Source: Planctomycetota bacterium (GTDB lineage: Bacteria > Planctomycetota > UBA8108 > SXIK01). Taken from it: a stretch of 64,000 nucleotides of DNA. The stretch is from contig CBDCXR010000004.1 of the NCBI GenBank assembly GCA_965223845.1, positions 4,160,001-4,224,000 of the forward strand, written 5' to 3'. How positions within the stretch are numbered: the first letter of the stretch is position 1; each line of letters begins with the position of its first letter. Below the pieces are notes generated by a model. That model saw only the letters and a list, made by a program, of their open reading frames with translations. It searched no databases and was not told the origin of the DNA. Positions 1 to 9,668 of this stretch are shown piece by piece. The translations under genes and the position numbers were made by a program.

Positions 1-381
1 CGGCAATCCCCCCGCCGAGTCGGGAAAGAGCACGCGTCGACGATCGCTGCACATGCCACTTCGGATTGGAAGCCGCCCAGTGAGAAGCGCGGCTCGACTC
101 GGAGTGCACACCGACGAGGCGGAATAGAACTGCGTCAGCTTCATCCCTTCGCGCGCCATCCGATCGAGATGCGGCGTACGAATCGTCGGATGGCCGAAGC
201 ACGCGAGATCGCCGTAGCCGAGATCGTCGGCGAAAATCACAACGAAGTTCGGTGGCGGGGGAGCGGCGATCGTCGGGCCGGTGACGAGGCTACAGGCGAT
301 CGATAGCGCCCACACCAACGCAGGCGTCACTCTCTCGCGACGGGGGCGTTCACGAGAACGCTCGGTGACTGGTGAATTCAC
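1..381 (-). CDS. Sulfatase (arylsulfatase-type), N-terminal part; runs off the window edge
   Basis: Manual translation of the minus strand from GTG at 381 gives ...[61 protein letters not shown], containing the ADD-LG metal motif and the CxPxR formylglycine motif. Not in the ORF track because it has no stop inside the window. Confidence 0.9.
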   Translation of the reverse strand, partial: MNSPVTERSRERPRRERVTPALVWALSIACSLVTGPTIAAPPPPNFVVIFADDLGYGDLACFGHPTIRTPHLDRMAREGMKLTQFYSASSVCTPSRAALLTGRLPIRSGMCSDRRRVLFPDSAGGLP

Positions 382-492
382 GTCGCAGGTTCTTTCTCAA
401 CGGTTTGCTTCGAAAAGTTCGGATGACCGACGAAACGAGTCGACCATAGTACCGCGCGGAGGCGCGGAGCGGACTTGATGATCTGGCCTCGC

Positions 493-2301
493 TCAGGGCG
501 AGCGCTCGAGAACACAGCGGAGACCGACGGCGTCGTCCAGTGTCTCGGGGGCGATTCCTCGCCGCGCGAAGCTCGTCAGCTCCGCGGCGGGGTCCTTCCA
601 GCTTCCACCGCGAATGACGCGTTTCGCCCCGTCGCCGTCTCGGGCCGAACCGTCGCGGGGCGCGCCGTCGTAGCTCGGGTGCCAAGAGTCGGCGCACCAT
701 TCCCAGAGGTAGCCGTGGACGTCGTAGAGCTTCCACGGATTCGGCCGCTTGGCGCCGACGGGCGGATCGTTTCCCTTCGCGTTGCCCGAGAACCACGCGT
801 AGTCTCCGAGATCGTCCGGCGCGTTGCCGAACGAGTAGGCGGTCGGGGTTCCCGCTCGCGCGCAGTACTCCCACTCCGCTTCCGTCGGAAGTCGGACTCG
901 GTCTAGTCCGCCGATGAACCCGGCGGCGCGCAGGAGGTGCGTCGCGTTTCGGCTGAAGGACACGGCATCGTCAAACGAAAGACGCTCGACCGAGTTGCGC
1001 GGGCCCTTCCATCGACTCGGGTTCACTCCCATCGCGGCCTCCCATAGATTCTGGGGAACTTCGTAGGCGGCGATCTCGAATCTCCGAGGCATCGTCACTT
1101 CGCGAGCGGGCGCGAACGGACCGTCGCCTTCGGCTCCCATCCGAAACCGGCGCGGGAAGGGCGCCGTCCCCGGCTCGATCGCGACGAACTCGTCTACGAA
1201 TCGACGCAGAATCCTCGTTTGCGCTCGATTCGGCCGGCGAAAGCCGTCGGCGTGAAGCCGAATGCGATAGAGACCGAGAGCTGCGGTGACGTAGAGCCGA
1301 TTGCTCTCCACGCCGATTCCGAAGGTGCAGTTGCTCGGGAGCCCCCCCTGGGTCGCATCCTCACGCCCCGAACCGGTCGGCACAAATGCGAGCGTCGAGC
1401 CGTCCGGGCGGACGACGCGGATCCCGGGACGCTTGGGATCGCGGACGGCGAGGTAGAGATTCCCGCGGACGTCGATCGTCATTCCATCGCAACCGAAGTC
1501 TCCGCCGAAATCGACGATCGTCCTTCTCGGTCCGCCGACGAGACCGTCGACCCCGAGAGGGAACGCGTACACCTTCATCGCCCCGGGCTCGACGGGGGGG
1601 CCGTCCTCGAGGATGCGATCCGTGCCGTTGTTTGTATCGGCGACGTAGAGCGTGCGGCCGTCCGGGCTGAGAGCGATCCCGTTCGGTTTCTCGACTTCGC
1701 GGGTCACTTGGGCAACGCTCCCGTCGACATCGACCCGGTAGACGGCGCGATGCTCGAGCTCGCGCGTCTCCGGTCCGACGTAGCGCGGGTCCGTGAAGTA
1801 GACGCGGCCGGCGGCGTCCAAGCAGAGATCGTTCGGCGAGTTGAATCGCTTGGAGTCGATGCCCTCCGCGATCACTTCGCGCGCACCGGTCGCGACGTCG
1901 TAGCGGGCGATACAGCGACCGCCGTAGTCCGCCCCTTCGCAAGCGAGGAGGCGCCCGTCGAGGTCGAACGCGAGCCCGTTGCTCTTCCGGCTGTCGGCGG
2001 CGAAGACACTCGTTCGACCGGTGCGCGGATCGAAGCGGTAGATCGTCCCGCGATCTTCACCCGCGGCGATATCGGAAAAGAAGATCGTTCCGTCCGGCGC
2101 GGCGGTGGGACCCTCGGTCAATCCTCCCGCGACCGGCGCGGTCCGCGTGAACAAGCGCTCGAGCTTCGCCCCCGCGGGGACGATTTCCGACGGCTCCGGC
2201 GCCGGGATCTCCGCCGTCGAGGCGTCCGGCGAACTCCACCAGAGAAGCAGAACGCAGAGCCATAGCCGCCACCCGCCCTCCGCGAACCGCGCGCGAATCA
2301 T
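493..2301 (-). CDS. Secreted fusion: SMP-30/gluconolactonase propeller + C-terminal FGE-sulfatase (SUMF1-like) domain
   Basis: Signal peptide MIRARFAEGGWRLWLCVLLLWW with GGAGG RBS. TEGP, SNGL, NSPND, KPNGIALSPDG and CDGM motifs, then FRMG, RLPTEAEWEY, NPWKLYDVHG, WEWC, RGGSW and GLR. Confidence 0.88.
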   Translation of the reverse strand: MIRARFAEGGWRLWLCVLLLWWSSPDASTAEIPAPEPSEIVPAGAKLERLFTRTAPVAGGLTEGPTAAPDGTIFFSDIAAGEDRGTIYRFDPRTGRTSVFAADSRKSNGLAFDLDGRLLACEGADYGGRCIARYDVATGAREVIAEGIDSKRFNSPNDLCLDAAGRVYFTDPRYVGPETRELEHRAVYRVDVDGSVAQVTREVEKPNGIALSPDGRTLYVADTNNGTDRILEDGPPVEPGAMKVYAFPLGVDGLVGGPRRTIVDFGGDFGCDGMTIDVRGNLYLAVRDPKRPGIRVVRPDGSTLAFVPTGSGREDATQGGLPSNCTFGIGVESNRLYVTAALGLYRIRLHADGFRRPNRAQTRILRRFVDEFVAIEPGTAPFPRRFRMGAEGDGPFAPAREVTMPRRFEIAAYEVPQNLWEAAMGVNPSRWKGPRNSVERLSFDDAVSFSRNATHLLRAAGFIGGLDRVRLPTEAEWEYCARAGTPTAYSFGNAPDDLGDYAWFSGNAKGNDPPVGAKRPNPWKLYDVHGYLWEWCADSWHPSYDGAPRDGSARDGDGAKRVIRGGSWKDPAAELTSFARRGIAPETLDDAVGLRCVLERSP

Positions 2302-2323
2302 CGTCGTACCTCCTTCGCGAGCG

Positions 2324-3670
2324 CTACGAACGTTTCCTGAGTGAAGCCCGCCACGCGGTTTCGAGCGCATCGAACCGAACGTCGCGAAAGACGACGTCGA
2401 CGGCCTTCACCGGGTCGGTCCCCGACTGCAGCTCCCAGAAATAGTCCACGTAAAACCGGCGGACGCGGCGCTGGAGCGTCAAGTCGGTGTTCTTGTAGTT
2501 CAAGAGAAAGTAGACGAACGACCAGGCCTGCGCGTAGGCAATGCTCACTCGAGACGGATGATAGAAATCCGCTTGCGACATCTTGATGAGATCTCTCAGG
2601 TCGATCAATCGCCCCTCGCGGAGCGCCCACTGAACGACGCGTTCCCGCGACTCGTTGAAAAGCCGCTGGACGCCCGATCCGCGAACAACGCTCGGCGCGA
2701 CGATTTCAGCGAAGCCTTCGTCGAACCAGCGGGGGGCGTTCGGAATGTAGTAGTCGAAATACTGGTGCCAACCTTCGTGGTAGAAGCTGCGGAAGATGTC
2801 GCCTTCACGTTTGAAGCGCGGATTCGTCTGGTGGAATCCGACGAGGTGCTTCGATTGAGGATCGTAGTACGCTCCAGCCCCCGGCGAGCCGCCGCCGTGC
2901 TCGATGAATTCGTTCTGATTGCGCCAGAAGTAGACGATGTATTTGGTCTCGATCTTGTCCTCGAACTCGAAGGTCGGGTGATAGGCGCGCGCAGTCATGA
3001 TGTCCATGCTGCGACCGAGGCGGGCCGCGAGTTTCCGTTCGGCCGTCGAGAGCACGTGGTAGTACTTGGTCTCGATATGATGGCCCCGCTTCCCCCATCG
3101 CTCCGTGAAGGCGTCTATGGTCGCTCGATTGATCGCCGCCCAATCCTTGGGGACGCCGAGGTACTCGAGAAGGAGACGCATCGCAGGCTCGTACTTCTTC
3201 GTTCTTCCGCAGTAGTCGATCAGCTTGCCTGCGGTTCGCAGGTCGAGCGCGCGAAGCTTCGTTCGCCGAGTCGGCTTCTTTTTCCGCCGCTTCGACTTGG
3301 TCGATCCACTCTTCCTCTCGCCGTCCTTAGACCTTTCTTTCTCGGACTTCTTCTTGCGCAGAAACGCGTCCTTCAGGAGCTCTTCGACGTGCGAAAGCGA
3401 GACCGCTCGAACGGCGCTTCGTGAGCAGAGTAGCCAGAGAGAGTGCGAGTTTCGATTTTCGAGCACGTTCGCGACGTGCTCCTCCGTCGTCATGCGGAGC
3501 TGCTCCTTCCTCCGCCGCAGCTCTTCACGCCGATTCTTTCTCTCGCTCTCAGGTTTCGAAGCCTCCGTAGGAGGCGCCGGTTGCCCGGCCTCTAGTCCAA
3601 AGATCGGCGACACGCACAGCGCGACGACGGCTCGCCAGGCGAGATTCGATCGCTTGATTCGCACCCACAT
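2324..3670 (-). CDS. Secreted DUF1570-like / zincin (HExxH) domain protein
   Basis: HEGWHQY...PRWFDEGFAE zincin pattern and YAQAWSFVYFL C-terminal motif; hydrophobic N-terminus. Start uncertain (3670, 3694 or 3790). Confidence 0.7.
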   Translation of the reverse strand: MWVRIKRSNLAWRAVVALCVSPIFGLEAGQPAPPTEASKPESERKNRREELRRRKEQLRMTTEEHVANVLENRNSHSLWLLCSRSAVRAVSLSHVEELLKDAFLRKKKSEKERSKDGERKSGSTKSKRRKKKPTRRTKLRALDLRTAGKLIDYCGRTKKYEPAMRLLLEYLGVPKDWAAINRATIDAFTERWGKRGHHIETKYYHVLSTAERKLAARLGRSMDIMTARAYHPTFEFEDKIETKYIVYFWRNQNEFIEHGGGSPGAGAYYDPQSKHLVGFHQTNPRFKREGDIFRSFYHEGWHQYFDYYIPNAPRWFDEGFAEIVAPSVVRGSGVQRLFNESRERVVQWALREGRLIDLRDLIKMSQADFYHPSRVSIAYAQAWSFVYFLLNYKNTDLTLQRRVRRFYVDYFWELQSGTDPVKAVDVVFRDVRFDALETAWRASLRKRS

Positions 3671-3902
3671 ATCGATTCTCGTTCGAGTTCGCATCAAAGT
3701 CGGAATCGCCTTCAGATCAGAATCGGTCGGGACGGAAGACCCGATCGGAAGAGCCATTCTGAACGACGAGTTTGCGCTGTGTCCACCCAAGCTCGGCTTT
3801 ATCTGGAGAAGCCCGCATCGCTCGCGTACGATTTTCTACTCCGGCGATCAAAGAACGACGTTCGCCGTGCCTTTGGACCACTACCGGAGAATCCTCAGCC
3901 CC

Positions 3903-4382
3903 ATGGGAACTCTCATCCACACGAGCCGCTCGACGATTCGAAAGCACACCGGTCCCCACCGAACGGCGCAACTCGAGGCGCTCGAGGAACCGGTCCACTA
4001 CGGCATGCACGGTGGCATCCTCGAACTCTACCGCTCGAAGTACGGGATCGAAGTCGAGCGAGAGTACCCCGCAACGCTCGATCACATGGTCGCTGCGGTC
4101 GGCGGGTGACTGTGTGGCACGCTTGCCGCCGCGCTGGAGGCGCGACAGATCCCCACCACCGACAAGCTCTCCGCCCGCGTCGAGGGCGATATCGAGGACG
4201 TCGACGGAGTGATTCGCATCAGCACGATTCGCATGCACTACGAACTCGAGATCCCGCCGGGAACGAAAGACGCCGCGGAGCGTGCGCTCGCAACGTACGC
4301 CGATCGTTGCCCCGCGTACAAGTCGATCGAAGGGTGCATCAAGGTAGAATCGAGCGCGGCGTTCGCAGAGTCGAGTGCCTGA
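3903..4382 (+). CDS. OsmC-like peroxidase, probable selenoprotein (in-frame TGA at 4107-4109 read as Sec69)
   Basis: ATG3903...DHMVAAVGG-TGA-LCGTLAAALEAR...ADRCPAYKSI...TGA4380-4382, 159 aa. The TGA sits at the OsmC/Ohr peroxidatic Cys position, the resolving CP motif is 67 residues later, and GC3-rich coding continues past the TGA. Confidence 0.85.
4110..4148 (+). promoter_or_regulatory. Candidate bacterial SECIS element
   Basis: CTGT(4110-13)/ACAG(4145-48) basal pairing and an apical stem CGCGC(4130-34)/GCGCG(4140-44) with a TGGAG loop about 26 nt after the UGA. Confidence 0.6.
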
Positions 4383-4402
4383 ACCGACATCGAGCCGTCG
4401 CC

Positions 4403-7400
4403 ATGCGATTCGCTTTTGTCCTCATCGCCTTCGCCTCTTCGTTCGCGAGCCTCCGCGCGCAACCCATCGCGTCGCCGGGCAACCGCTGCACCTATCTCCA
4501 CGATCCGTCGCCGTTCTACGCCGGTCCATCGCTCCCGCGCGTGACCACGCCGATGTGGATCGGCGAAGAGAACGTCGACGCGGCGGTGATCCTCTCGATC
4601 GACGACCTCACGGAGGCTCGCGTCGACCACTACCGTGATTTTCTCGCTCCGATTCTCGCTCGACTAGACGAGATCCAGGGTTACAGCCCCCTCAATATCT
4701 TCACCAACCGCATCGATCCGAGCGATCCGCAGGTCCAGCGCTGGATCGATCAAGGCGTTCGGCTCGACGTCCACACGCGCACTCACCCCTGTCCCTTGAT
4801 GCGCCACGAGATTCCCGCCGCTACGAGCGAGGTGTTCGACTGTCTCTCGAACTTGAACGCCGTGCCGAATCACTTCGCGAATGCGTTTCGGATGCCGTGC
4901 ACGGACTCGATCAACTCGTCGACTCCGCTCTTCTTTCGCGAGATTCTCCCGCAGCGCACGAACGACGGACGATTTCTCGAAGTCGACAGCTCCGTGTCGA
5001 TGTTCCCGGACTCTTCCTACGAAGCCTACGCGCCGTTCCTCAATTACGCCGCGACGATCAGCGAGTATCCGTATCCGTACGTCGTCGGAGGGAACATCTG
5101 GGAGCTCCCGATCGTCGTGCCTACGGACTGGCAGGCACAGCATCGCCGCGGAGTGAATCACCCCCAGACGGTCGCCGAGGTCAAGCGCGCGTTCGACATC
5201 GTGATCGAAGCGAAGGGTCTCTACACGTGGTGCTTTCACCCGCACGGCTGGATCCGCAATACGCAGATCATCGAGGTGATCGACCACGTACGATCCCGCT
5301 ACGGCGCGCGGGTGAAGTTCCTCAATATCCAGGAGACGCTCGAACGACTGACGGAACACATGCTCGGTGGAGTCGCGCTCCGCGACGCCGATGGCTCCGA
5401 TGGCGGCGTCCGCCTCGTCGACATCGATGGCGACGGGAGGATGGACGTCGTCGTCGGAAACGATGCCCGCCGCGAGACGCGGGTTTGGCATTCGGAGTCC
5501 CGCACTTGGCGAACCGTGCCGTTTCCGTTTTCGATCGTCCGCGGACAAGGGTCGGCAAAGCGGGCGACGGGCGTCGAGTTCGGGGTTTTTCGCGCCGACG
5601 GAAAGATCTCGGCTCTGCTCGCGACGAAGAACGGCTCGACCTTCGCACACTTCGACGGGGAGCAGTGGACCCGTCAGCCGGCCCTCGGGCTCGTCGTCGA
5701 CGGAAAGCAGGTCGTCGGCAGAGACGACGGCCGTGACCGCGGGCTCCGCCTACGCGATGTCGACGGCGACGGGTACTCCGATGCGATCGTCAACAACGAC
5801 TCGCAAAACTTGATTTTTCGTTGGAACCCGCGGGAACGCGAATTCGAACGTCTCGCGAGTGTGCTCCCGGCGCTCGCTGCCGTCGTGGACGCCGAGGGAC
5901 GCGACGGCGGACTTCGCTTTTGGGACGTCGATCGAGACGGCGATGACGATCTCGTGCTATCGAACGATCGCGAGTACTTCGTCTATCTCTACGAGGATGC
6001 GACGAAAACCTGGTCGACGCGAGTTCTCCACGGGAGCTCCGGCGCTCCCGGCGCGCTACCGAAGATCACGAGTCGTGGCGAAGACCGCGGCGCTTGGTTC
6101 AAGGACACGACGCTCTACGTCGCCAACACCGCGACGGCCGGTCGGCCGAATCTCGTCGAGACTCGAGACTTCGCACAGCTCCTAGAGCACCGCGCGACTC
6201 CACCCAAGTCGCCCGAGGAGGCGCGCGCAACTCTCCGCGTTCCCGATGGATTCCGAGTCGAGCTCGTCGCCTCGGAGCCTCTCATCGCGGATCCGGTTTC
6301 CGTCGAGTTCGGTGCCGACGGGCGCGTCTGGGTTGCGGAGATGGGCTCGTACCCGCTCGGTCGCGGCGAAGAGGCGGACGGCCGGATCCGCGTTCTCCGC
6401 GATACGGACGGCGACGGCCGTCTCGACCAGAGCACTGTCTTCGCACACGGTCTCAGCTTCCCCGCCGGAGCGCTTCCGTTTCGCGGAGGTGTTCTCGTCA
6501 CGTGCGCGCCGAACATCTACTACTTCGAAGATCGAAACGGCGACGATCGAGCGGACTCGCGCGAGATCATCTTCTCGGGCTTCGGCGAAGGCAACCAGCA
6601 GCACCGGGTCAACGGCCTCCACTACGGAATCGACAACTGGATTTACGGTGCGAACGGCGACAGCGGCGGCACGATCCGCTCGGCGCGTGCCCCCGACCGT
6701 CCCGCGCTTCACCTCGGTGGACGCGACTTCCGCTTTCGCAAAGACCTCACCACCTTCGAAGCCGCGACCGGTCGCACGCAGTTCGGACTCGCGATGGACG
6801 ATTTCGGGCGGCGCTACGGTACGAGCAACTCGCGTCACATCCTCTACGCGGTCCTTCCCGATCGCTATCTCGGTCGAAATCCGCACGTCGCACCACCGAA
6901 CGCCGTCCTCGACATCGCGGAGCACGGCGCCATGGCGCGGATTTATCCGATCTCGAAACAGCTGATCTCGCTCAACTCGATTCACGTTCCGGGTCACTTC
7001 AGCTCTGCGTGCGGAATCTCGATCTACCGCGGCGAGCGATTCCCTCCGTCCTACCGCGGCTCGGCGTTCGTCGCGGATCCCGTCGCGAACCTCGTCCACC
7101 GCGACGTCCTCGTGCCGGACGGAGCCTCGGTGGTTGCACGCCGGAGCGAGAACGAAACGGACTCGGAGTTCCTCGCGTCGACGGACGCCTGGTTTCGCCC
7201 CGTTTACACGACGACCGGACCCGACGGCGCGCTCTACGTGGTCGACATGCACCGCTACATCATCGAGCATCCGGAGTACATCCCGGAGGACTTGCAGCAG
7301 ATTCTCGACTTCGCAGCCGGCCGGGACCGCGGCCGAATCTACCGGGTCGTCTACGCGAGCGCCGATCCGAGATCGGAGGTCGCGCGAATTCCGGTCGCGC

Positions 7401-9553
7401 CATCTCTCGACGCGGAGTCGGATCTCGCCGCGGCGCTCGCGTCCCCGAACGGATGGATCCGCGACACCGCGCAGCGTCTCATCGTTGAACATCGTCCCGC
7501 GGGGATCGCGACCGCGCTGCGCTCGCTCGCTCGCGCGAGCGAGCGAGCGGCGACTCGCATCCACGCGCTCTGGACGCTCGACGCGCTCGGTGCGCTGGAC
7601 GAGTCGATTCTACGGGCCAGCTTCTCCGACCCGAGCGCCGACGTCCGCGAGCACGCCGCGCGGCTCGCCGAATCGCGCATCGATGCGGAACCCGTCTTCA
7701 CCGATGTCGTCGCCCTCACTCGAGATTCGGCGGCGCGCGTTCGCGTGCAGGTCGCGTTCACGCTCGGCGCGTCTTCGCACCCGCTCGCCGGCGTCGCTCT
7801 CGCCGATCTTCTCCGTCGCCACGAGCAGGATCCGTGGCTTCGCGCGGCCGTCTTGAGCTCGAGCCGAACTCACGCCGGCGGGATCCTCGCGGAGCTCGCC
7901 GGGAGCGAAGACGGGCCCTGGACTCTCGAGACGAGCGGCGATCGCGCGGTGTTCAACGCCCTCGTCGCGACCGTGGCGCGCGAGTCGAGCGACGACGCGC
8001 TTCGGCATCTCCTCGCTCGGCTCGATCCGGGCGACGTTCGCCGCGGACATTTCTCGCTCCTCGGCACGCTCGCGACCGCCGCCGGAGCACGACTCGAGAG
8101 AATCGCGAGCGCGAATGCGGACGTGAGCGCCGCCATCGCCGGAACGCGGCGAGCGGCGCGCGAGAAGGCCATCGATCCCTCGGCCGCCCTCGCGCTCCGG
8201 GTCGAAGCGGTCCGAGCGCTCGGCGGAGAGGCTGCCGATCTCGTCGTACTCGAAGCGCTCGTCGCGCCACGAACGCCGAGCGATCTCCAGATCGAAGCTC
8301 TCCGGCTAGTCAAGTCGGCGTCCGAAGACCGTCGCGCCACCGCGGCCGAGTTCCTTCTCGCGCGGTGGGATGCGCTCGGTCCGCGGATCCGCGGTGAAAC
8401 GCTCGAGCTGCTCGTCTCCACTCCGAGCGGGGCCGACCGAATCGCGGCGGCGATCGACGCGCAGCGACTCGATCCCCGCCACGTGAGCTCACCGCTTCGC
8501 TCCCGTTTGCGCGCGAGCGCCTCGCCGGAAGTGCGCGCTCGCCTCGCACGTGCATTCGCGCCGCCGCGAGCATCGTCCCCCGAAGCACACGCGGAGTATC
8601 GCGCGCAAGTTCGCTCTCTCCGCGGAGAAGCGGAGAGCGGGCGCGCGGTGTTCGAAGAGCACTGCTCGAACTGCCATCGTCTCGACGGCCTCGGCTTCGA
8701 CGTCGGTCCGCGGATCGAAGACGCCGCCGTCAAAGGAATCGAGAGCGTCCTCGAAGCGATCTTGGCACCGGCCGAATTCGTCCCGCCGCGCTACACGCCC
8801 TACATTGTCGAGAGTTCCAGCGGACAGGTCGCCACGGGTCTCATCGCAGAAGAGACCGCGACGAGCGTCCGGCTCGTCCGTCCGGGCGGCGTCACCGAAA
8901 CGATCCTCCGGAGCGATCTCGAATCACTCACCGCCGACGAAGGTTCGCTGATGCCATCCGATCTCGCGGCAGCGATCTCGCCGCAGGCGATGGCGGATCT
9001 TCTCGCCTTCGTCGCGCAGCGACCCGCGAACCTCGACGCACTCGACCCGGAGGCGACTCGGGCCGCGAGTGCGATCGTCGAGGCGAACGCTCACAACGGC
9101 CTCGCGGAGGTGCTCGAGGCGACGGAGATCGCGGATCAGGCGAGCTGGGTCGGTCGCATTCGGATGTCGCTCGCACGCCAGCTCGACGGGAAGCACGCCG
9201 TCGCGTGGAAAACGGATGTGGTCCCCGACTCGCTCGAATCTGCGACGTACTCGTTTCACTTGCCGGTCGCGATGGGCTACGTCAGCCAGCCGAGCGGATC
9301 CTTCACCCTCCACGTCGGCGAGCGGCGTGTGCTCGAATTCAACGTCACGCTCGAAAGCGCGACGTGGAAGTCGCCCGGAGGCGCCGCGCGACTCGACTAC
9401 TCAGTCCGTGCGCGAAACAGCGAAGATTCGACCGGGATCTTGACCGTCACCGTGCCGATCGGTTGGCTCGAACCGGGCTCCCCCGCGACGCTCCGCGTCA
9501 CCGGATCCAGCACGGGGAGCCGCCGCTGGTTCGGCGTGCTGCCGCTCCGCTGA
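4403..9553 (+). CDS. PVC-type heme-binding (CxxCH) membrane-bound dehydrogenase-like protein with N-terminal polysaccharide-deacetylase-like and FG-GAP regions
   Basis: Signal MRFAFVLIAFASSFA. SIDD...HTRTHP...FRMPC deacetylase-like region, DxDGDG repeats, PPKSPEEA...GFRVELVASEP...WVAEM..YP propeller, GIDNWIY, WFRPV..TGPDGALY.DM, HEAT-like helices, then CSNCH...GP...SLMP cytochrome c. The longer ORF-track start (3779) overlaps the OsmC gene. Confidence 0.88.
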   Translation: MRFAFVLIAFASSFASLRAQPIASPGNRCTYLHDPSPFYAGPSLPRVTTPMWIGEENVDAAVILSIDDLTEARVDHYRDFLAPILARLDEIQGYSPLNIFTNRIDPSDPQVQRWIDQGVRLDVHTRTHPCPLMRHEIPAATSEVFDCLSNLNAVPNHFANAFRMPCTDSINSSTPLFFREILPQRTNDGRFLEVDSSVSMFPDSSYEAYAPFLNYAATISEYPYPYVVGGNIWELPIVVPTDWQAQHRRGVNHPQTVAEVKRAFDIVIEAKGLYTWCFHPHGWIRNTQIIEVIDHVRSRYGARVKFLNIQETLERLTEHMLGGVALRDADGSDGGVRLVDIDGDGRMDVVVGNDARRETRVWHSESRTWRTVPFPFSIVRGQGSAKRATGVEFGVFRADGKISALLATKNGSTFAHFDGEQWTRQPALGLVVDGKQVVGRDDGRDRGLRLRDVDGDGYSDAIVNNDSQNLIFRWNPREREFERLASVLPALAAVVDAEGRDGGLRFWDVDRDGDDDLVLSNDREYFVYLYEDATKTWSTRVLHGSSGAPGALPKITSRGEDRGAWFKDTTLYVANTATAGRPNLVETRDFAQLLEHRATPPKSPEEARATLRVPDGFRVELVASEPLIADPVSVEFGADGRVWVAEMGSYPLGRGEEADGRIRVLRDTDGDGRLDQSTVFAHGLSFPAGALPFRGGVLVTCAPNIYYFEDRNGDDRADSREIIFSGFGEGNQQHRVNGLHYGIDNWIYGANGDSGGTIRSARAPDRPALHLGGRDFRFRKDLTTFEAATGRTQFGLAMDDFGRRYGTSNSRHILYAVLPDRYLGRNPHVAPPNAVLDIAEHGAMARIYPISKQLISLNSIHVPGHFSSACGISIYRGERFPPSYRGSAFVADPVANLVHRDVLVPDGASVVARRSENETDSEFLASTDAWFRPVYTTTGPDGALYVVDMHRYIIEHPEYIPEDLQQILDFAAGRDRGRIYRVVYASADPRSEVARIPVAPSLDAESDLAAALASPNGWIRDTAQRLIVEHRPAGIATALRSLARASERAATRIHALWTLDALGALDESILRASFSDPSADVREHAARLAESRIDAEPVFTDVVALTRDSAARVRVQVAFTLGASSHPLAGVALADLLRRHEQDPWLRAAVLSSSRTHAGGILAELAGSEDGPWTLETSGDRAVFNALVATVARESSDDALRHLLARLDPGDVRRGHFSLLGTLATAAGARLERIASANADVSAAIAGTRRAAREKAIDPSAALALRVEAVRALGGEAADLVVLEALVAPRTPSDLQIEALRLVKSASEDRRATAAEFLLARWDALGPRIRGETLELLVSTPSGADRIAAAIDAQRLDPRHVSSPLRSRLRASASPEVRARLARAFAPPRASSPEAHAEYRAQVRSLRGEAESGRAVFEEHCSNCHRLDGLGFDVGPRIEDAAVKGIESVLEAILAPAEFVPPRYTPYIVESSSGQVATGLIAEETATSVRLVRPGGVTETILRSDLESLTADEGSLMPSDLAAAISPQAMADLLAFVAQRPANLDALDPEATRAASAIVEANAHNGLAEVLEATEIADQASWVGRIRMSLARQLDGKHAVAWKTDVVPDSLESATYSFHLPVAMGYVSQPSGSFTLHVGERRVLEFNVTLESATWKSPGGAARLDYSVRARNSEDSTGILTVTVPIGWLEPGSPATLRVTGSSTGSRRWFGVLPLR

Positions 9554-9668
9554 GGCCCGGGAACCCGTCCCGGAATCGCGCGAGGATGCGGAGATCCCCT
9601 ATAGCGGCGCGGCGCGGCGGGCGGCCAAATAGAGACGGTGCTTCGATGGACCGTGCTCCCGAGCTCCG

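Noticed and set aside
493-640. FGE/C-type-lectin-fold C-terminus as a diversity-generating retroelement target
   Set aside because: I found no template repeat and no reverse transcriptase in the window.
3779-4402. N-terminal extension of the 1924-aa ORF
   Set aside because: Arg/Pro-rich shadow frame overlapping the OsmC-like gene; a clear signal peptide starts at 4403.
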